A stretch of 64,000 bases of DNA from an uncultured delta proteobacterium (GCA_963845145.1 CAWJQU010000017.1:160001-224000); one strand, 5' to 3'; shown: positions 39,556-50,666, counted from the first letter of the stretch. Notes: generated from the sequence alone by a model not told the origin. A program made the numbers and translations.

Positions 39556-41316
39556 ATGATGGTTCGTTATCAAACCATGGTAAAAGTATACCGATATATT
39601 ACAACGCTCATTATTAGTTTGATACCGGTGGTTTATTTCGGATTGGCTATTATTGGATGCACCCCGTCCATTAATAACAACACAGACCCGAATTTATCGA
39701 AACAATTCCGTATTCCAGTGTTCACTAACACGGACAATGCCTACTTTCGTTTTCTGGCATCTCAACTCGCCCGTGCCGATGATCAGATCGATGAAGCCAC
39801 TGCCGAGATGCAAAGGGCCGTTGATCTGGACCCTACCTCTATGTATCTGAAAAAGGAGCTGGCGGCGCTGTGGGCGCAACAAAAGCAGTATGATAAAGCG
39901 TTGGAACTTTTAGGCGAGGTGATTCGCCGGGATGCCATGGATATCGAAGCTGTGGTGATGACAGGGAAGATCCAACTGGCGAAAAAAAATAACGACGCTG
40001 CTATTGAGCAATTTGAAAAAGCGATCATGATCGAACCGTTACGCGAGGATATTTATCATACGCTGGGTAACATCTATATCCAGAAAAAAGACTTCAAAAA
40101 TGCCCAACGGATTTATCAAGCCTTGGTCGACCAGCTTCCGTCTTCGTATGTCGGCTATTTTTTTCTGGGCAGGGTTCTTACCGAGCTGGGTCTGGAGACA
40201 AAAGCGGAAGATTCGTTTAAAAAAACATTACAGTTGGCACCGGAACTTGACGAGCCCCGGTTTCGCCTGATTGAATTGTATCAATCTCAGGGCAAGATGG
40301 AAAATGCCAAGTCGCTCTACCTTAAGATTTTATCCGGAAACGCGAAAAACGTAAGAGCGGTTATGGGCATGGCCTTACTCGATTATAAGTCGGGCAAAAC
40401 CACGTCAGCGAGCCAGCCGCTTGAAAAACTGGGCCAACTGTCCTTGACCGATAAAAATATTATTCCCGTTTTAATTCGACATTATATTGACAATAAACAA
40501 TATGATGATGCTCTGATACTGACCGATGGCATGTTGAAAGGCGCGCCCAACAGCTCCGAGCTGAATTATCTCGCTGCCCTGGCTTATGATGAAAAAGAGC
40601 TTGAAGAAAAAGCGCTGACACATTTCAGAAAAGTCGGCCCTGAAAGTGATTTTTATAAAAACGCCGCCCTTCAGGTCGGATATATTTTGAACAATCAGGG
40701 GCACACGGCGGAAGCAATTGCCCATGTAAAATCGGTCATCGAACGCATACCGGATACTTCAGAGCCATATCTCTATTTGGGTATTTTCCAGGAAGACCTT
40801 GAGGAATATGAAGCCGCCTTGGCATCCATTCGAAAAGGGTTGGCCATTGAGCCTGACAACATCTCCTTACTTTTTCGATTGGGCGTTATTTCCGACAAAG
40901 CCGGCAGCAAGGATCAATGCATTGCCGCTATGAAAAAGGTGCTCAGCCTGGACCCTAAACATGCCAACGCCCTAAATTATCTGGGATATACCTATGCCGA
41001 TTTGGGCCAAAATTTAAAAGAAGCCGAAGATTTGATCCAAAAAGCCCTTCAGATTAAGCCGGAAGACGGTTACATCACCGATAGTCTGGGCTGGGTGTAC
41101 TATAAAGGCCAAAAATATACTAAAGCCTTGGAGGTGTTACTTCGGGCGGTGAGCCTGGTGCCGGATGACCCCATTATCCTGGAGCACGCGGGTGATGCTT
41201 ACCTGAAAACCAACAATCGACCCAAGGCGATCGAATTTTACCGACGGTCTTTGGAATTACAAAAAGGGGATACCGAAGGTATCGAAAAAAAAATACGGGA
41301 ACTGTCCGTAGAATGA
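39556..41316 (+). CDS. TPR-repeat lipoprotein
   Basis: Lipobox IIGC; many TPRs; ALNYLGYTYAD..DSLGWVYY. Confidence 0.85.
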   Translation: MMVRYQTMVKVYRYITTLIISLIPVVYFGLAIIGCTPSINNNTDPNLSKQFRIPVFTNTDNAYFRFLASQLARADDQIDEATAEMQRAVDLDPTSMYLKKELAALWAQQKQYDKALELLGEVIRRDAMDIEAVVMTGKIQLAKKNNDAAIEQFEKAIMIEPLREDIYHTLGNIYIQKKDFKNAQRIYQALVDQLPSSYVGYFFLGRVLTELGLETKAEDSFKKTLQLAPELDEPRFRLIELYQSQGKMENAKSLYLKILSGNAKNVRAVMGMALLDYKSGKTTSASQPLEKLGQLSLTDKNIIPVLIRHYIDNKQYDDALILTDGMLKGAPNSSELNYLAALAYDEKELEEKALTHFRKVGPESDFYKNAALQVGYILNNQGHTAEAIAHVKSVIERIPDTSEPYLYLGIFQEDLEEYEAALASIRKGLAIEPDNISLLFRLGVISDKAGSKDQCIAAMKKVLSLDPKHANALNYLGYTYADLGQNLKEAEDLIQKALQIKPEDGYITDSLGWVYYKGQKYTKALEVLLRAVSLVPDDPIILEHAGDAYLKTNNRPKAIEFYRRSLELQKGDTEGIEKKIRELSVE

Positions 41317-42113
41317 TAAAAGCCGGAATGTCATTTTACGTCCATCTCCGGTATTCTTGGCCCCTCACCATTTTGGTTACCGCCCTTGCCCTTCTTTTAG
41401 TAGCCGGTTGTGCGGGCCTTCAAATAAAAACCAAGCAAGAGATCACCCCGCAAGCAAAAGTCTTGATCGACCGCTTAGCCCAACAAAACGAGCATATATT
41501 GCAATTAAAAGGCCTGGGAAGCTATCGGCTTGTCAATGCGGATGGCCCCATGTCCGGGCGAATAGGATGGGCGTGCCGGCGACCGGATCGATTTCGGACC
41601 GATATCCTTGATCTCGGAGGCCGTCCTGCGGCCACGATCGCCAGCGACGGCCAATGGCTCTATGTGCGCTTTAAGGGTGAACGAAAAATTTATAAACGGT
41701 CCAAGGCCTCGGCGGTTTTAAAAAAAACAATCGGTTCTCCAGTAAGCATAAAAGAGATCACGGCCTTTTTAAGTGGGCGCGTGCCGCTTTTTGACTATCA
41801 AATCGCACAGGTGCGGGCCGCCGGGGATGATCAAGGGCCGGTATTAAGCCTGAAGAGAAAGCCAAATCAATTGTCGGAGGAGGTCTTTTTTAACGCAGAT
41901 GCATCAGCGCCCAGAAGGGTGGTGTTTTATACAAAATCAGGTAAGGTTGCCTACCAGGTCGATCTGGTATTTTCCAAGGAGCAGGGCGAATTCGCTTTTT
42001 TTCAAAATCTCTCTTTCAGTACGAAAAGCGGCAACCGTTTTAATTTGCGGGTGGATAAGTTGTGGCTCGGCACAGATCTACCGAATTCACTGTTTGATCT
42101 CAATGATTCATAA
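41313..42113 (+). CDS. Lipoprotein, LolB/DUF4292-like
   Basis: Lipobox VAGC; beta-rich; coupled to the TPR gene as in TPR-lolB loci. Confidence 0.5.
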   Translation: MIKAGMSFYVHLRYSWPLTILVTALALLLVAGCAGLQIKTKQEITPQAKVLIDRLAQQNEHILQLKGLGSYRLVNADGPMSGRIGWACRRPDRFRTDILDLGGRPAATIASDGQWLYVRFKGERKIYKRSKASAVLKKTIGSPVSIKEITAFLSGRVPLFDYQIAQVRAAGDDQGPVLSLKRKPNQLSEEVFFNADASAPRRVVFYTKSGKVAYQVDLVFSKEQGEFAFFQNLSFSTKSGNRFNLRVDKLWLGTDLPNSLFDLNDS

Positions 42114-42171
42114 ATCTGTAAACAACTGCCCCGGGCCCCCAATTTTCGGGCCTGGTGCCCAATAGTCGATC

Positions 42172-42969
42172 ATGGGTCTGAATCTTAAACCGAAACAGCC
42201 TGCTGTGGCCCTGGAGAGTCGCTTGAGGCACTGCCGTAATGTCCTCACGCTCGGGGTGAAACCAAATTTTAATGACTACGGCCAACAAGCGCAGAATCTT
42301 ATTTTAAGGGCGGAGAAAGTTTACTACCCCAGCACTTTTTATGCTGACCTTTTCGATGCCATGGGAAAAAAAACATTTCCCAGCTATCATACTTACAAAT
42401 GTGTTCAAGATAAGATCAAGCAAACCGCACTCTTTAAGATGCTTGATATTCCCCACCCTAAAACCCGCGTATATTATGGTCGCCGCCAGTCACAGAAATT
42501 ATTAGATCATTTCGATTACCCCTTTGTGGCTAAGGTGGCGCGCGGTTCTGCACTGGGTCGAGGCGTTTTCCTCATTAAAAATGATGACGATCTGAAAAAG
42601 TACCTGACCCGCTGCCACCCGGCCTACATTCAAACCTATCTGCCCATAGACCGGGATATGCGCTTGGTGGTTATCGGCCATCGATTGGTGCACGCCTATT
42701 GGCGTATCGCCCCGCCGGATGATTTTCGCACCAATGTGGCTGTGGGGGGAATAATCTCTTTGGATCCGGTACCGAAAGGCGCCAAGGATTTGGCTTTGGA
42801 AACTGCCCGTCAGTGTGGTTGGAATGACGTCGGATTGGATATTTGCCAATATCAGGGGGCGTATTATGTTTTAGAAGCCAATATGAAATATGGCAGGGAG
42901 GGTTTTCAGAAAGCCGGCATTGATTATATCCGCTTAATGGAGCAAATGATCGCCAATGGTGATATCTAA
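42172..42969 (+). CDS. RimK-family ATP-grasp ligase
   Basis: QDKIKQ, PFVAK..GSALGRGV, FRTNVAVGG, LEAN. Confidence 0.8.
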   Translation: MGLNLKPKQPAVALESRLRHCRNVLTLGVKPNFNDYGQQAQNLILRAEKVYYPSTFYADLFDAMGKKTFPSYHTYKCVQDKIKQTALFKMLDIPHPKTRVYYGRRQSQKLLDHFDYPFVAKVARGSALGRGVFLIKNDDDLKKYLTRCHPAYIQTYLPIDRDMRLVVIGHRLVHAYWRIAPPDDFRTNVAVGGIISLDPVPKGAKDLALETARQCGWNDVGLDICQYQGAYYVLEANMKYGREGFQKAGIDYIRLMEQMIANGDI

Positions 42970-44125
42970 AACTCAACGATTGCCGGATCTTCGGGGAATC
43001 CTTTCACGTCGAGAGACAAGTATCCTTTCAGCGTATGCCACCACAAGCGATCAAGCGGTCAGACGGGTAAAAGATTCGCGGCTTAATTTGGATTACCGGA
43101 CGGCCTTCGCCCTGGATACGGACCGGATTCTATACTCCCGGGCCTACACGCGATACATTGATAAAACCCAGGTATTTTATCTGGTGGCCAATGATCATAT
43201 CACCCATCGAGTGCTGCACGTCCAGTTGGTATCTAAAATTGCCCGTACCGTCGGTCGCTGCCTGGGACTTAACGAAGATCTTATCGAAGCCATTGCCCTT
43301 GGCCATGATATTGGGCACACCCCTTTCGGCCACGATGGTGAGCGATTTTTATCAAAGCTTTGTCAGGCAAACGGTATTGGTGCATTTTATCACAATGTGC
43401 AGAGCATTCAGCTTTTGGACCGTGTGGAACAATACGGCCAAGGCTGGAATCTATCGCTGCAGACGCTTGATGGTATTTTATGCCATGACGGAGAAATTCA
43501 TGACCAGAGGCTGGTGCCTGAATCCAAAAAAAACTTTAGGGTATTAGATTCGCAGGTACAGGCTAAAAAAACGGAAACGGCCATACGTCTGACGCCTATG
43601 ACCCTTGAAGGATGTGCCATGCGGATGGCCGATACCATCAGTTATATCGGCCGGGATATCGAAGATGCGATTCGCTTAAAACTCATACGGCGCGACGATC
43701 TCCCCCGTCAAAGCGTGGAAATTTTAGGCGATTCCAACGGTACCATTGTTTACCGGCTTGTAACCGATCTGATCGCCCACAGTTTGGAAAAAAAATGGGT
43801 TGCTTTCAGCCCTGAAGTATCCCAAGCACTGGCGAAACTAAAAAAATTCAACTACCAGCGCATCTACCTGAATCCGATACTGAAGGCCCAAAAAAAAACG
43901 ATCCGGAAACTCTTTGGTATATTGTTTGAAGAATATCTGGAAGATATTAAAAGAGACAAACGTTCGTCAGCCATATTCACCGAGTTCCTGGAAGGAATGT
44001 CCTCCGATTATATAGAGCGCCATGCTGCTGCAGAGGTGGTCCGGGATTTTATTTCGGGAATGACGGATCGTTATTTTTTAAGACAATGCCCGAAAAATCT
44101 GCGTCCCAAACCCCTCTCAATTTAG
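42956..44125 (+). CDS. dGTP triphosphohydrolase-like HD-domain protein
   Basis: DKTQVF, HRVLH, GHDIGHTPFGHDGE, ADTISY, DFISGMTDRY. Confidence 0.85.
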   Translation: MVISKTQRLPDLRGILSRRETSILSAYATTSDQAVRRVKDSRLNLDYRTAFALDTDRILYSRAYTRYIDKTQVFYLVANDHITHRVLHVQLVSKIARTVGRCLGLNEDLIEAIALGHDIGHTPFGHDGERFLSKLCQANGIGAFYHNVQSIQLLDRVEQYGQGWNLSLQTLDGILCHDGEIHDQRLVPESKKNFRVLDSQVQAKKTETAIRLTPMTLEGCAMRMADTISYIGRDIEDAIRLKLIRRDDLPRQSVEILGDSNGTIVYRLVTDLIAHSLEKKWVAFSPEVSQALAKLKKFNYQRIYLNPILKAQKKTIRKLFGILFEEYLEDIKRDKRSSAIFTEFLEGMSSDYIERHAAAEVVRDFISGMTDRYFLRQCPKNLRPKPLSI

Positions 44126-44189
44126 GCACCAAAAATAAAATAATGCAGGACATTATATTTACCTGTTAACCAAATGAAATAAATGTATA

Positions 44190-44915
44190 ATGAAGCACGA
44201 GCCTCGCACATATCGGCATGTTGTTCCCCCTGATGGTCTGGCACGGTTTAATGTCGTTGTTCAGGAAACCGATCTGGCTGTTTATGCACGTGAATTAATA
44301 CCGGAAGTTGCTCGAGAGCTGGTTTTGGATTGTCGGGGAATCATTGAAAGATATATTCAACAATATCCGATTTTTGCCCAAACGCTGCTTCCCTGGACCA
44401 TTCAAGGGCCGACACCGGAAATCATTCGCCAAATGGCCGAAGCCGGTACGGCTGCCGGCGTTGGACCCATGGCAGCGGTGGCCGGCGCGGTGGCGGATTA
44501 CGTGGGAAACGGATTACGCCAAAAAATGAAAGAGGTGATCGTTGAGAATGGCGGAGATATTTTTATCCATGTTAAACACCCGATCACCGTTGGTGTTTTT
44601 GCCGGCGATTCGCCCCTGAGCCATAAGTTAGGCATCCGCGTGACTTGCGACAATCATCCGGTGGCACTTTGCACCTCATCGGGACGGATTGGCCATTCCC
44701 TCAGCCTGGGTGACGCGGATGCCGTGTGCATTATGGCCAAATCCGGCCCGCTGGCCGATGCCGTTGCGACTGCCACGGCAAATCAGGTTCATGGCCTGAA
44801 AAATCTCGGACCGGCCGTTGATTTTGCCAAAAGCGTACGAGGTGTTGATGGCGTGTTGATTATTCGGGATGATGCCATCGCCGTCTGGGGGGGCATGAAT
44901 CTCGTTCCCATATGA
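44190..44915 (+). CDS. UPF0280 family protein (ApbE superfamily)
   Basis: ETDL, GPMAAVAGAVA, ENGGDI, CTSSG..GHSLSLG.ADAV. Confidence 0.85.
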   Translation: MKHEPRTYRHVVPPDGLARFNVVVQETDLAVYARELIPEVARELVLDCRGIIERYIQQYPIFAQTLLPWTIQGPTPEIIRQMAEAGTAAGVGPMAAVAGAVADYVGNGLRQKMKEVIVENGGDIFIHVKHPITVGVFAGDSPLSHKLGIRVTCDNHPVALCTSSGRIGHSLSLGDADAVCIMAKSGPLADAVATATANQVHGLKNLGPAVDFAKSVRGVDGVLIIRDDAIAVWGGMNLVPI

Positions 44916-45082
44916 CCCTGTATGGAAAAATATTTCGCGGGCCGGACCGAAATTCAGCGATAAAAAGGTTGAGTTTTTTAATGGATCGGGTTAGCCTTTG
45001 TACTCTGTAAGCAAATATTCCAAAACGTTTAGGCTATAAACCCAACCGCAATCTCAGAAACGATATTGGAAGGCGGATCGAT

Positions 45083-45466
45083 ATGAAAAAACTGAAATTG
45101 ATTATTGTTCTGATTATCCTTGCATTGGTCACGATATTTGCGTTTCAGAACCAGGACTATTTCAAACAGACGCATCAACTAAGCCTTGACCTGATTTTAG
45201 CCGGTCCTTATACTACCCCGGTTTTAAATAATGCAACCATCTGTATAGCGGCTTTTTTACTTGGTGTAATCATCGCCTATCTGCTCACCCTGACAGGCCG
45301 TATCAAACAGCGAAAATCGATCAAGACCTTAAATTATACGCTAAATGATCGCCAAAATGAAATTGTCACCCTAAAGACCGAACTTGAAACCCAAAAACCG
45401 TCCGCACCCTCCGGAATTCCACCTGATGAAGTGATTGCACCACCCAAAGAAGGGGATAATGCCTGA
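45083..45466 (+). CDS. LapA-family small membrane protein
   Basis: TM-FAFQN-TM-coiled-coil layout. Confidence 0.65.
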   Translation: MKKLKLIIVLIILALVTIFAFQNQDYFKQTHQLSLDLILAGPYTTPVLNNATICIAAFLLGVIIAYLLTLTGRIKQRKSIKTLNYTLNDRQNEIVTLKTELETQKPSAPSGIPPDEVIAPPKEGDNA

Positions 45467-45607
45467 CCCGCGTTTAGGCGGGATCGGGTTGCCCGTTATC
45501 TCACCTTTTCTGACATCGCTTTTGTTTGCAGGAATCAGATCCACCTCTAACCAGGCCCTGAAACGTCGCATGGCGGCTATTCAGCCGGCCACTCAATAAG
45601 TCGTTCA

Positions 45608-48235
45608 ATGCCCCGTTCCAAGTTAACGCCCATGATCGAGCAATACCTCTCCATAAAGGAGCAGTATCAGGATGCTATTTTGTTTTATCGCATGGGTGAC
45701 TTTTACGAGATGTTTTTTGAAGATGCTGAACTGGCGTCCGGCATCCTTGAAATCACCCTGACGTCACGCAATAAGAACGATAAAAATCCCATTCCCATGT
45801 GTGGGGTACCCTACCATGCCGCTAAAACGTATATCGCCCGTCTGATCGCGCAAGGTCACAAAATCGCCATTTGCGATCAGATTGAAGATGCCGCCCTCGC
45901 CAAAGGTCTGGTAAAAAGAGACGTCGTGCGGGTGGTCACACCCGGTATGGTTATCGAAGACGACCTGCTGGAAGCGACCGCCAATAATTTCATCCTGGCC
46001 TTTTATTTCGATCGCGAACGGGCCGGTCTTGCCGGCCTCGATATTTCAACGGGAGAATTTCGTGTGTGTGAGTCGAAACGACCTCTTGCACTGGTTGATG
46101 AGGCCATTCGAATGGCGCCCCGGGAATTGTTGCTACCCGAAATCGCCCGGGAAGATGATCGGTTTCGCGAAATCAAGGAGGCTTTTGTCGAGCAATCGAT
46201 AACCTATTTAGAAGATATGGTGTTTGAGTATCCGCGTAGCCGGGAACGATTGCTCTCCCTGTTTCAAACGTTGTCTCTTGAAGGATATGGTTGTGAAGAT
46301 TTGACCGTTGGTGTCAGTGCGGCGGGAGCTATCGTCGCCTATGTCGGCGATACGCAAAAACAGGCAGTTGCCCACATACGCGATATTAAACCTTACCTTC
46401 TTTCCGCATACCTGCAGGTAGACGAAACAAGTGCTCGAAACCTTGAGCTAATGAAAAATATTCGTTCCGGCAGCCGCCGCGGGACATTAATCAGTGTACT
46501 TGATAAAACCATTACCGCCATGGGCGGTCGTCTTTTTAAACAATGGCTCAACTATCCTCTTATAGATCCCAAACCCCTGGCGATGCGCCTGGATGCCGTT
46601 GATGAGGCTAAAAAACGGATTGCTGTTACCGGCGATATTCGGGCCGTTTTAAAAACAGTGGCCGATTTGGAACGGATAACCGGTAGATTGAACATGGGGC
46701 ATGGAAATGCCAGGGATCTCATCGCTCTGAAAAGATCTCTTCAATCGCTCCCCGATATTTTCGAACGGCTTGAGTCATTTGAGGCACCATTGTATCAAAT
46801 GGAAGACGATTTGACCCCCCTGCATGCATTGAGCCAGGAATTGGAGCGGGCGGTTCGCGAAGATGCACCGCTGACCCTGCATGAAGGTGGACTTATCCAA
46901 CCAGGGTACCATGACCGTCTGGACGAATTAATCCATCTCAGCCGGGACGGCAAGGGGTGGCTGGCCCGCCTGGAGAATCAGGAACGCAAAGCTACCGGTA
47001 TCCCCAACCTTAAGGTCAAATTTAACAAAGTTTTCGGTTATTTCCTGGAAGTTACGAAATCTCATGTAGGTGCTGTACCAGATCACTACGTTCGTCGGCA
47101 AACCCTTGTTAATGCCGAACGATATATCACCGATGAGTTGAAGCGTTTCGAGGAAAATGTTTTAGGCGCCGAAGAGAGAAGGGCAAAGCTGGAGTACGAA
47201 CTTTTTTGCGGGCTAAAAGAAAAGGTCGTCGAAAAAAACGACCTTATTTTTAAGGCGGCGCACTTTGTGGCAAGGCTGGACTGCCTCCTAAACCTGGCCA
47301 TGGTGGCCGATCAAAACGACTATCACCGACCCAGGTTCAACGCAAAAGGCATTATCGATATAAAAAACGGTCGGCATCCCGTTGTCGAAAAAGTCCTCTC
47401 CGGGGAGCGCTTTGTGCCTAACGATATCCGTCTGGATAATGAGCGCGCCCAGGTATTGGTCGTTACCGGGCCGAATATGGCCGGGAAATCGACCATCCTT
47501 CGACAGACAGCGCTTACGGTGATCATGGCCCAGATGGGAAGTTTTGTCCCGGCTGAGAGCGCCTCGATCGGCATTACCGACCGGATTTTCACGAGGGTCG
47601 GTGCCCTCGATAACCTGGCCAGCGGCCAGAGCACTTTTCTGGTGGAAATGCAGGAGACGGCCAATATCTTAAACAACGCCAATTTACAAAGTCTGGTCAT
47701 TATGGATGAAATCGGTCGAGGAACGAGCACCTTCGACGGTTTGAGCATTGCATGGGCCGTGGCTGCCTATCTTCACGATTTGAAGCAGACAGGCGTTAAA
47801 ACGCTATTTGCCACCCACTACCATGAATTGTGCGAGTTGGCCGAAATCAAGCCCCGCGTGAAAAACTATAGCATTGCGGTGAAAGAATGGAACGATGAAA
47901 TTATTTTTCTGCGAAAATTGGTCAAAGGGGGCACCAATCGCAGTTATGGAATTCAAGTGGCCCGGTTGGCCGGCATTCCCCTTGAAGTCGTTACCCAGGC
48001 CAAAGCGAAACTGGCTGAGATTGAACATCGGACGGCAGCCGGCATGCATCGCCCGGTCCGGGCAAGCACCGGTGGGCAGATCAGCGAGCATGTGCAATTG
48101 GGCCTTTTCACCACGCCGGCCGAGGAAGTGATTGATGAACTGGGTCGAATCGATATCAACCAAATTTCGCCTTTAAAAGCGATGAACATGCTGGATGAAT
48201 TGATCCGTAAACTGAATAATCATGTTAAAACCTAA
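45608..48235 (+). CDS. mutS: DNA mismatch repair protein MutS
   Basis: TPMIEQY, GDFYEMFF, GVPYH, TGPNMAGKST, DEIGRGTST, ATHYHEL, SYGIQVA. Confidence 0.97.
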   Translation: MPRSKLTPMIEQYLSIKEQYQDAILFYRMGDFYEMFFEDAELASGILEITLTSRNKNDKNPIPMCGVPYHAAKTYIARLIAQGHKIAICDQIEDAALAKGLVKRDVVRVVTPGMVIEDDLLEATANNFILAFYFDRERAGLAGLDISTGEFRVCESKRPLALVDEAIRMAPRELLLPEIAREDDRFREIKEAFVEQSITYLEDMVFEYPRSRERLLSLFQTLSLEGYGCEDLTVGVSAAGAIVAYVGDTQKQAVAHIRDIKPYLLSAYLQVDETSARNLELMKNIRSGSRRGTLISVLDKTITAMGGRLFKQWLNYPLIDPKPLAMRLDAVDEAKKRIAVTGDIRAVLKTVADLERITGRLNMGHGNARDLIALKRSLQSLPDIFERLESFEAPLYQMEDDLTPLHALSQELERAVREDAPLTLHEGGLIQPGYHDRLDELIHLSRDGKGWLARLENQERKATGIPNLKVKFNKVFGYFLEVTKSHVGAVPDHYVRRQTLVNAERYITDELKRFEENVLGAEERRAKLEYELFCGLKEKVVEKNDLIFKAAHFVARLDCLLNLAMVADQNDYHRPRFNAKGIIDIKNGRHPVVEKVLSGERFVPNDIRLDNERAQVLVVTGPNMAGKSTILRQTALTVIMAQMGSFVPAESASIGITDRIFTRVGALDNLASGQSTFLVEMQETANILNNANLQSLVIMDEIGRGTSTFDGLSIAWAVAAYLHDLKQTGVKTLFATHYHELCELAEIKPRVKNYSIAVKEWNDEIIFLRKLVKGGTNRSYGIQVARLAGIPLEVVTQAKAKLAEIEHRTAAGMHRPVRASTGGQISEHVQLGLFTTPAEEVIDELGRIDINQISPLKAMNMLDELIRKLNNHVKT

Positions 48236-48391
48236 ATTGAGCGGTTTTTTACTCGCTCTGCACCAATCTATTGAGCGTTAAGGCTTTCAAAAATACTCGA
48301 CATATCCAATGGGTATGCCTCCGTTTTTTAAAAACCATATCATCTCAATATCTTGGCACATAGCTTCGCAAAAAACCGCTCAACTTAGGTT
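48229..48391. mobile_element. MITE/REP-like palindromic element (~163 bp)
   Basis: 22-bp terminal inverted repeats with one mismatch (AACCTAAATTGAGCGGTTTTTT / AAAAAACCGCTCAACTTAGGTT), nested internal complementarity, no ORF. Confidence 0.6.
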
Positions 48392-48514
48392 AAAATAGAT
48401 TCGACCTATAAATTAACCCTAGCGATTTGATGATGAGATCCGGATGAAAAGATACCCCTGGTACCAAACGCTGCCTGATGATTCTTCTTTCGGCGGTCCG
48501 ACAGGCTTTGAGTT

Positions 48515-49414
48515 ATGCGCAAATTAGCGGTTAACCCCTCTGTTGCGTTGGTTTCCGGTATTTTGGGTGTGTCCACGGGTGCTATTTTTGTTCGGTTGGC
48601 CGAGGCGCCGGCATTGGTCACCGCTGCATATCGGGTCGGGCTGGCGGTTTTAATTCTCATGCCCTTTGTCTGGTACCTGGCGAGGGATGAATTCAAACGC
48701 TTAACCCGGCGTGATCTTATGACGGCCGCGTTGGCGGGCTTGTTCCTGGCAGTGCATTTTGCCACCTGGATTTCCTCGTTGGATTACACTTCCATTGCCA
48801 ATAGTGTCGTACTGGTAAACACCAATCCTTTATGGGTTGGTATCTTAACCCCTTTTTTGACAAAGGACCGCATTCGTCGAAACACGATTAAAGGCATATT
48901 ATTAAGCGTGGGCGGCGGTATATTGATCGGTGCGGAAGATTTGGCTGCTGGCGGGCAGGCCCTGTACGGCGATATGTTGGCGTTAATCGGTAGTTTTTGT
49001 GCGGCGGCTTATCTTTTGCTGGGCCGCAAATTGCGTTCCAAACTTGGTTTGCTGACCTATACCTTTACCTGCTATGGTACGGCTGCGGTGTTGCTTTTGA
49101 TCATGGTAAGCACCGCTCGTCTGCCCTATGGCGGTTATTCGAATATTACTTGGGCAGCTTTTTTCGGTATGGCTGTGTTCGCGCAAGTCGTCGGCCATAC
49201 CAGTTATAACTACGCCTTAAAATGGTTCAGTGCCAATCTTATTGCTGTCAGCCTTCTCGGTGAACCGGTACTGGCCAGCCTGATGGGGTGGCTGTTCTTC
49301 CACGAAGGACTCACCGGCTTAAAATTGGCGGGTGGTGGTTTGATACTCGTGGGGATTTATCTTGCAACGGCCGAAGAGGTGGTAAAAGAAGAAGCGGGTG
49401 GAAAATCTGTATAA
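48515..49414 (+). CDS. DMT/EamA-family transporter
   Basis: About ten hydrophobic segments; HFATWISSLDYTSIA, LLGEPVLA. Confidence 0.85.
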   Translation: MRKLAVNPSVALVSGILGVSTGAIFVRLAEAPALVTAAYRVGLAVLILMPFVWYLARDEFKRLTRRDLMTAALAGLFLAVHFATWISSLDYTSIANSVVLVNTNPLWVGILTPFLTKDRIRRNTIKGILLSVGGGILIGAEDLAAGGQALYGDMLALIGSFCAAAYLLLGRKLRSKLGLLTYTFTCYGTAAVLLLIMVSTARLPYGGYSNITWAAFFGMAVFAQVVGHTSYNYALKWFSANLIAVSLLGEPVLASLMGWLFFHEGLTGLKLAGGGLILVGIYLATAEEVVKEEAGGKSV

Positions 49415-49468
49415 AACCCTTCTCGTGGTTAAAAAAAATATGGTTTAACCTAAAATAAGGAGAGCCCC

Positions 49469-50308
49469 ATGGATGATAACCCGACTGATAACAAGCCGGC
49501 AGATAACAACCAGGCCGAGGATAATCAGGTAATTCTCTGTGATGTAAAAAATGGTATTGCCGTGGTCACATTTAATCGACCAGACGTTCTCAATGCACTT
49601 AACGCATCGTTGTTAAGCGAGTTGGCCCGAACGCTGGACCGTATCGCCAACGATGAAACCATTCGGGTGCTGATTCTGACCGGCGCCGGTGAAAAAGCCT
49701 TTGTTGCCGGGGCCGATATTAAAGAATTGGCCCAATGCGACGCCCTAACGGGTAAGCATTTTGCCGAAGTGGGCCACAAAACCATTGGCCGGTTGCAGTC
49801 GTTGTCCATACCGGTAATTGCGGCTGTAAATGGGTATGCCCTTGGCGGGGGAAGTGAGATTGCGCTGGCCTGTGATTTTATTTATGCATCCGAGAACGCC
49901 ATGTTCGGTCTGCCTGAGATTACGCTTGGGCTGATACCGGGTTTTGGCGGCACCCAACGATTGCCGCGCCTGATCGGCATGAACCGGGCCAAAGAGTTTA
50001 TTTTTACCGGCCGAATGATCTCCGCCATGGAAGCCAAAGAGATGGGTCTGGTCAATCAAATCTTTTCTCCGGAAACGCTCCTGGAAGAGGCCCTCAAAAC
50101 GGCTGCTGCAATGGCCGACAAGGGGATGGTATCTTTAAGGGAAGCCAAGCAGGTAATTAACGCCGGCATCAATATTGACCTTGCCGACGCCTGTCGAATG
50201 GAGATAAACGCTTTTTCACTCTGTATGGCGAGTGTTGATGCCAAAGAGGGTACGCGTGCTTTTATTGAAAAGCGCAAAGCCGATTTTAAAGGTGGGCAGA
50301 CGTCCTGA
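49469..50308 (+). CDS. Enoyl-CoA hydratase (crotonase)
   Basis: NRPDVLNAL, AFVAGADI, ALGGGSE, PEITLGLIPGFGGTQRL. Confidence 0.9.
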   Translation: MDDNPTDNKPADNNQAEDNQVILCDVKNGIAVVTFNRPDVLNALNASLLSELARTLDRIANDETIRVLILTGAGEKAFVAGADIKELAQCDALTGKHFAEVGHKTIGRLQSLSIPVIAAVNGYALGGGSEIALACDFIYASENAMFGLPEITLGLIPGFGGTQRLPRLIGMNRAKEFIFTGRMISAMEAKEMGLVNQIFSPETLLEEALKTAAAMADKGMVSLREAKQVINAGINIDLADACRMEINAFSLCMASVDAKEGTRAFIEKRKADFKGGQTS

Positions 50309-50429
50309 CAGGTCATGCGGAAGCGGCATGTGTTGACACAATTGCCACTTATTCATATGATCCAAAGCTCACCTCCCAATTTTTACTCGCATGTTAACCG
50401 GCCGTGCCGGTAAGGACAATGATTGATTT

Positions 50430-50666
50430 ATGAATCACCAATTTATCTGGGGAATTATGTTATTTTTGGCGGGACTCGGTGTATTTTATCGCATACCCGT
50501 CGTGATAGCTAAAATTAAAATGATTGATCAATTTTCCGGTAGCGGTATATATTTTGCATATTTTTGTTTCTACTTTATCGGCGTGATATTGATCGGTGGT
50601 GGAATAAAAAAAATATTGCATAATTTCAGAGATATAAATAGAGATATGGGAGACCGTCAGGGTTAG
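50430..50666 (+). CDS. Small two-TM hypothetical membrane protein
   Basis: 78-aa ORF filling the intergenic gap; two hydrophobic helices. Confidence 0.6.
   Translation: MNHQFIWGIMLFLAGLGVFYRIPVVIAKIKMIDQFSGSGIYFAYFCFYFIGVILIGGGIKKILHNFRDINRDMGDRQG

Noticed and set aside
48354..48370. Possible sigma54 promoter TGGCACATAGCTTCGC
   Set aside because: GG-GC spacing is one base too long and it lies inside the palindromic element.
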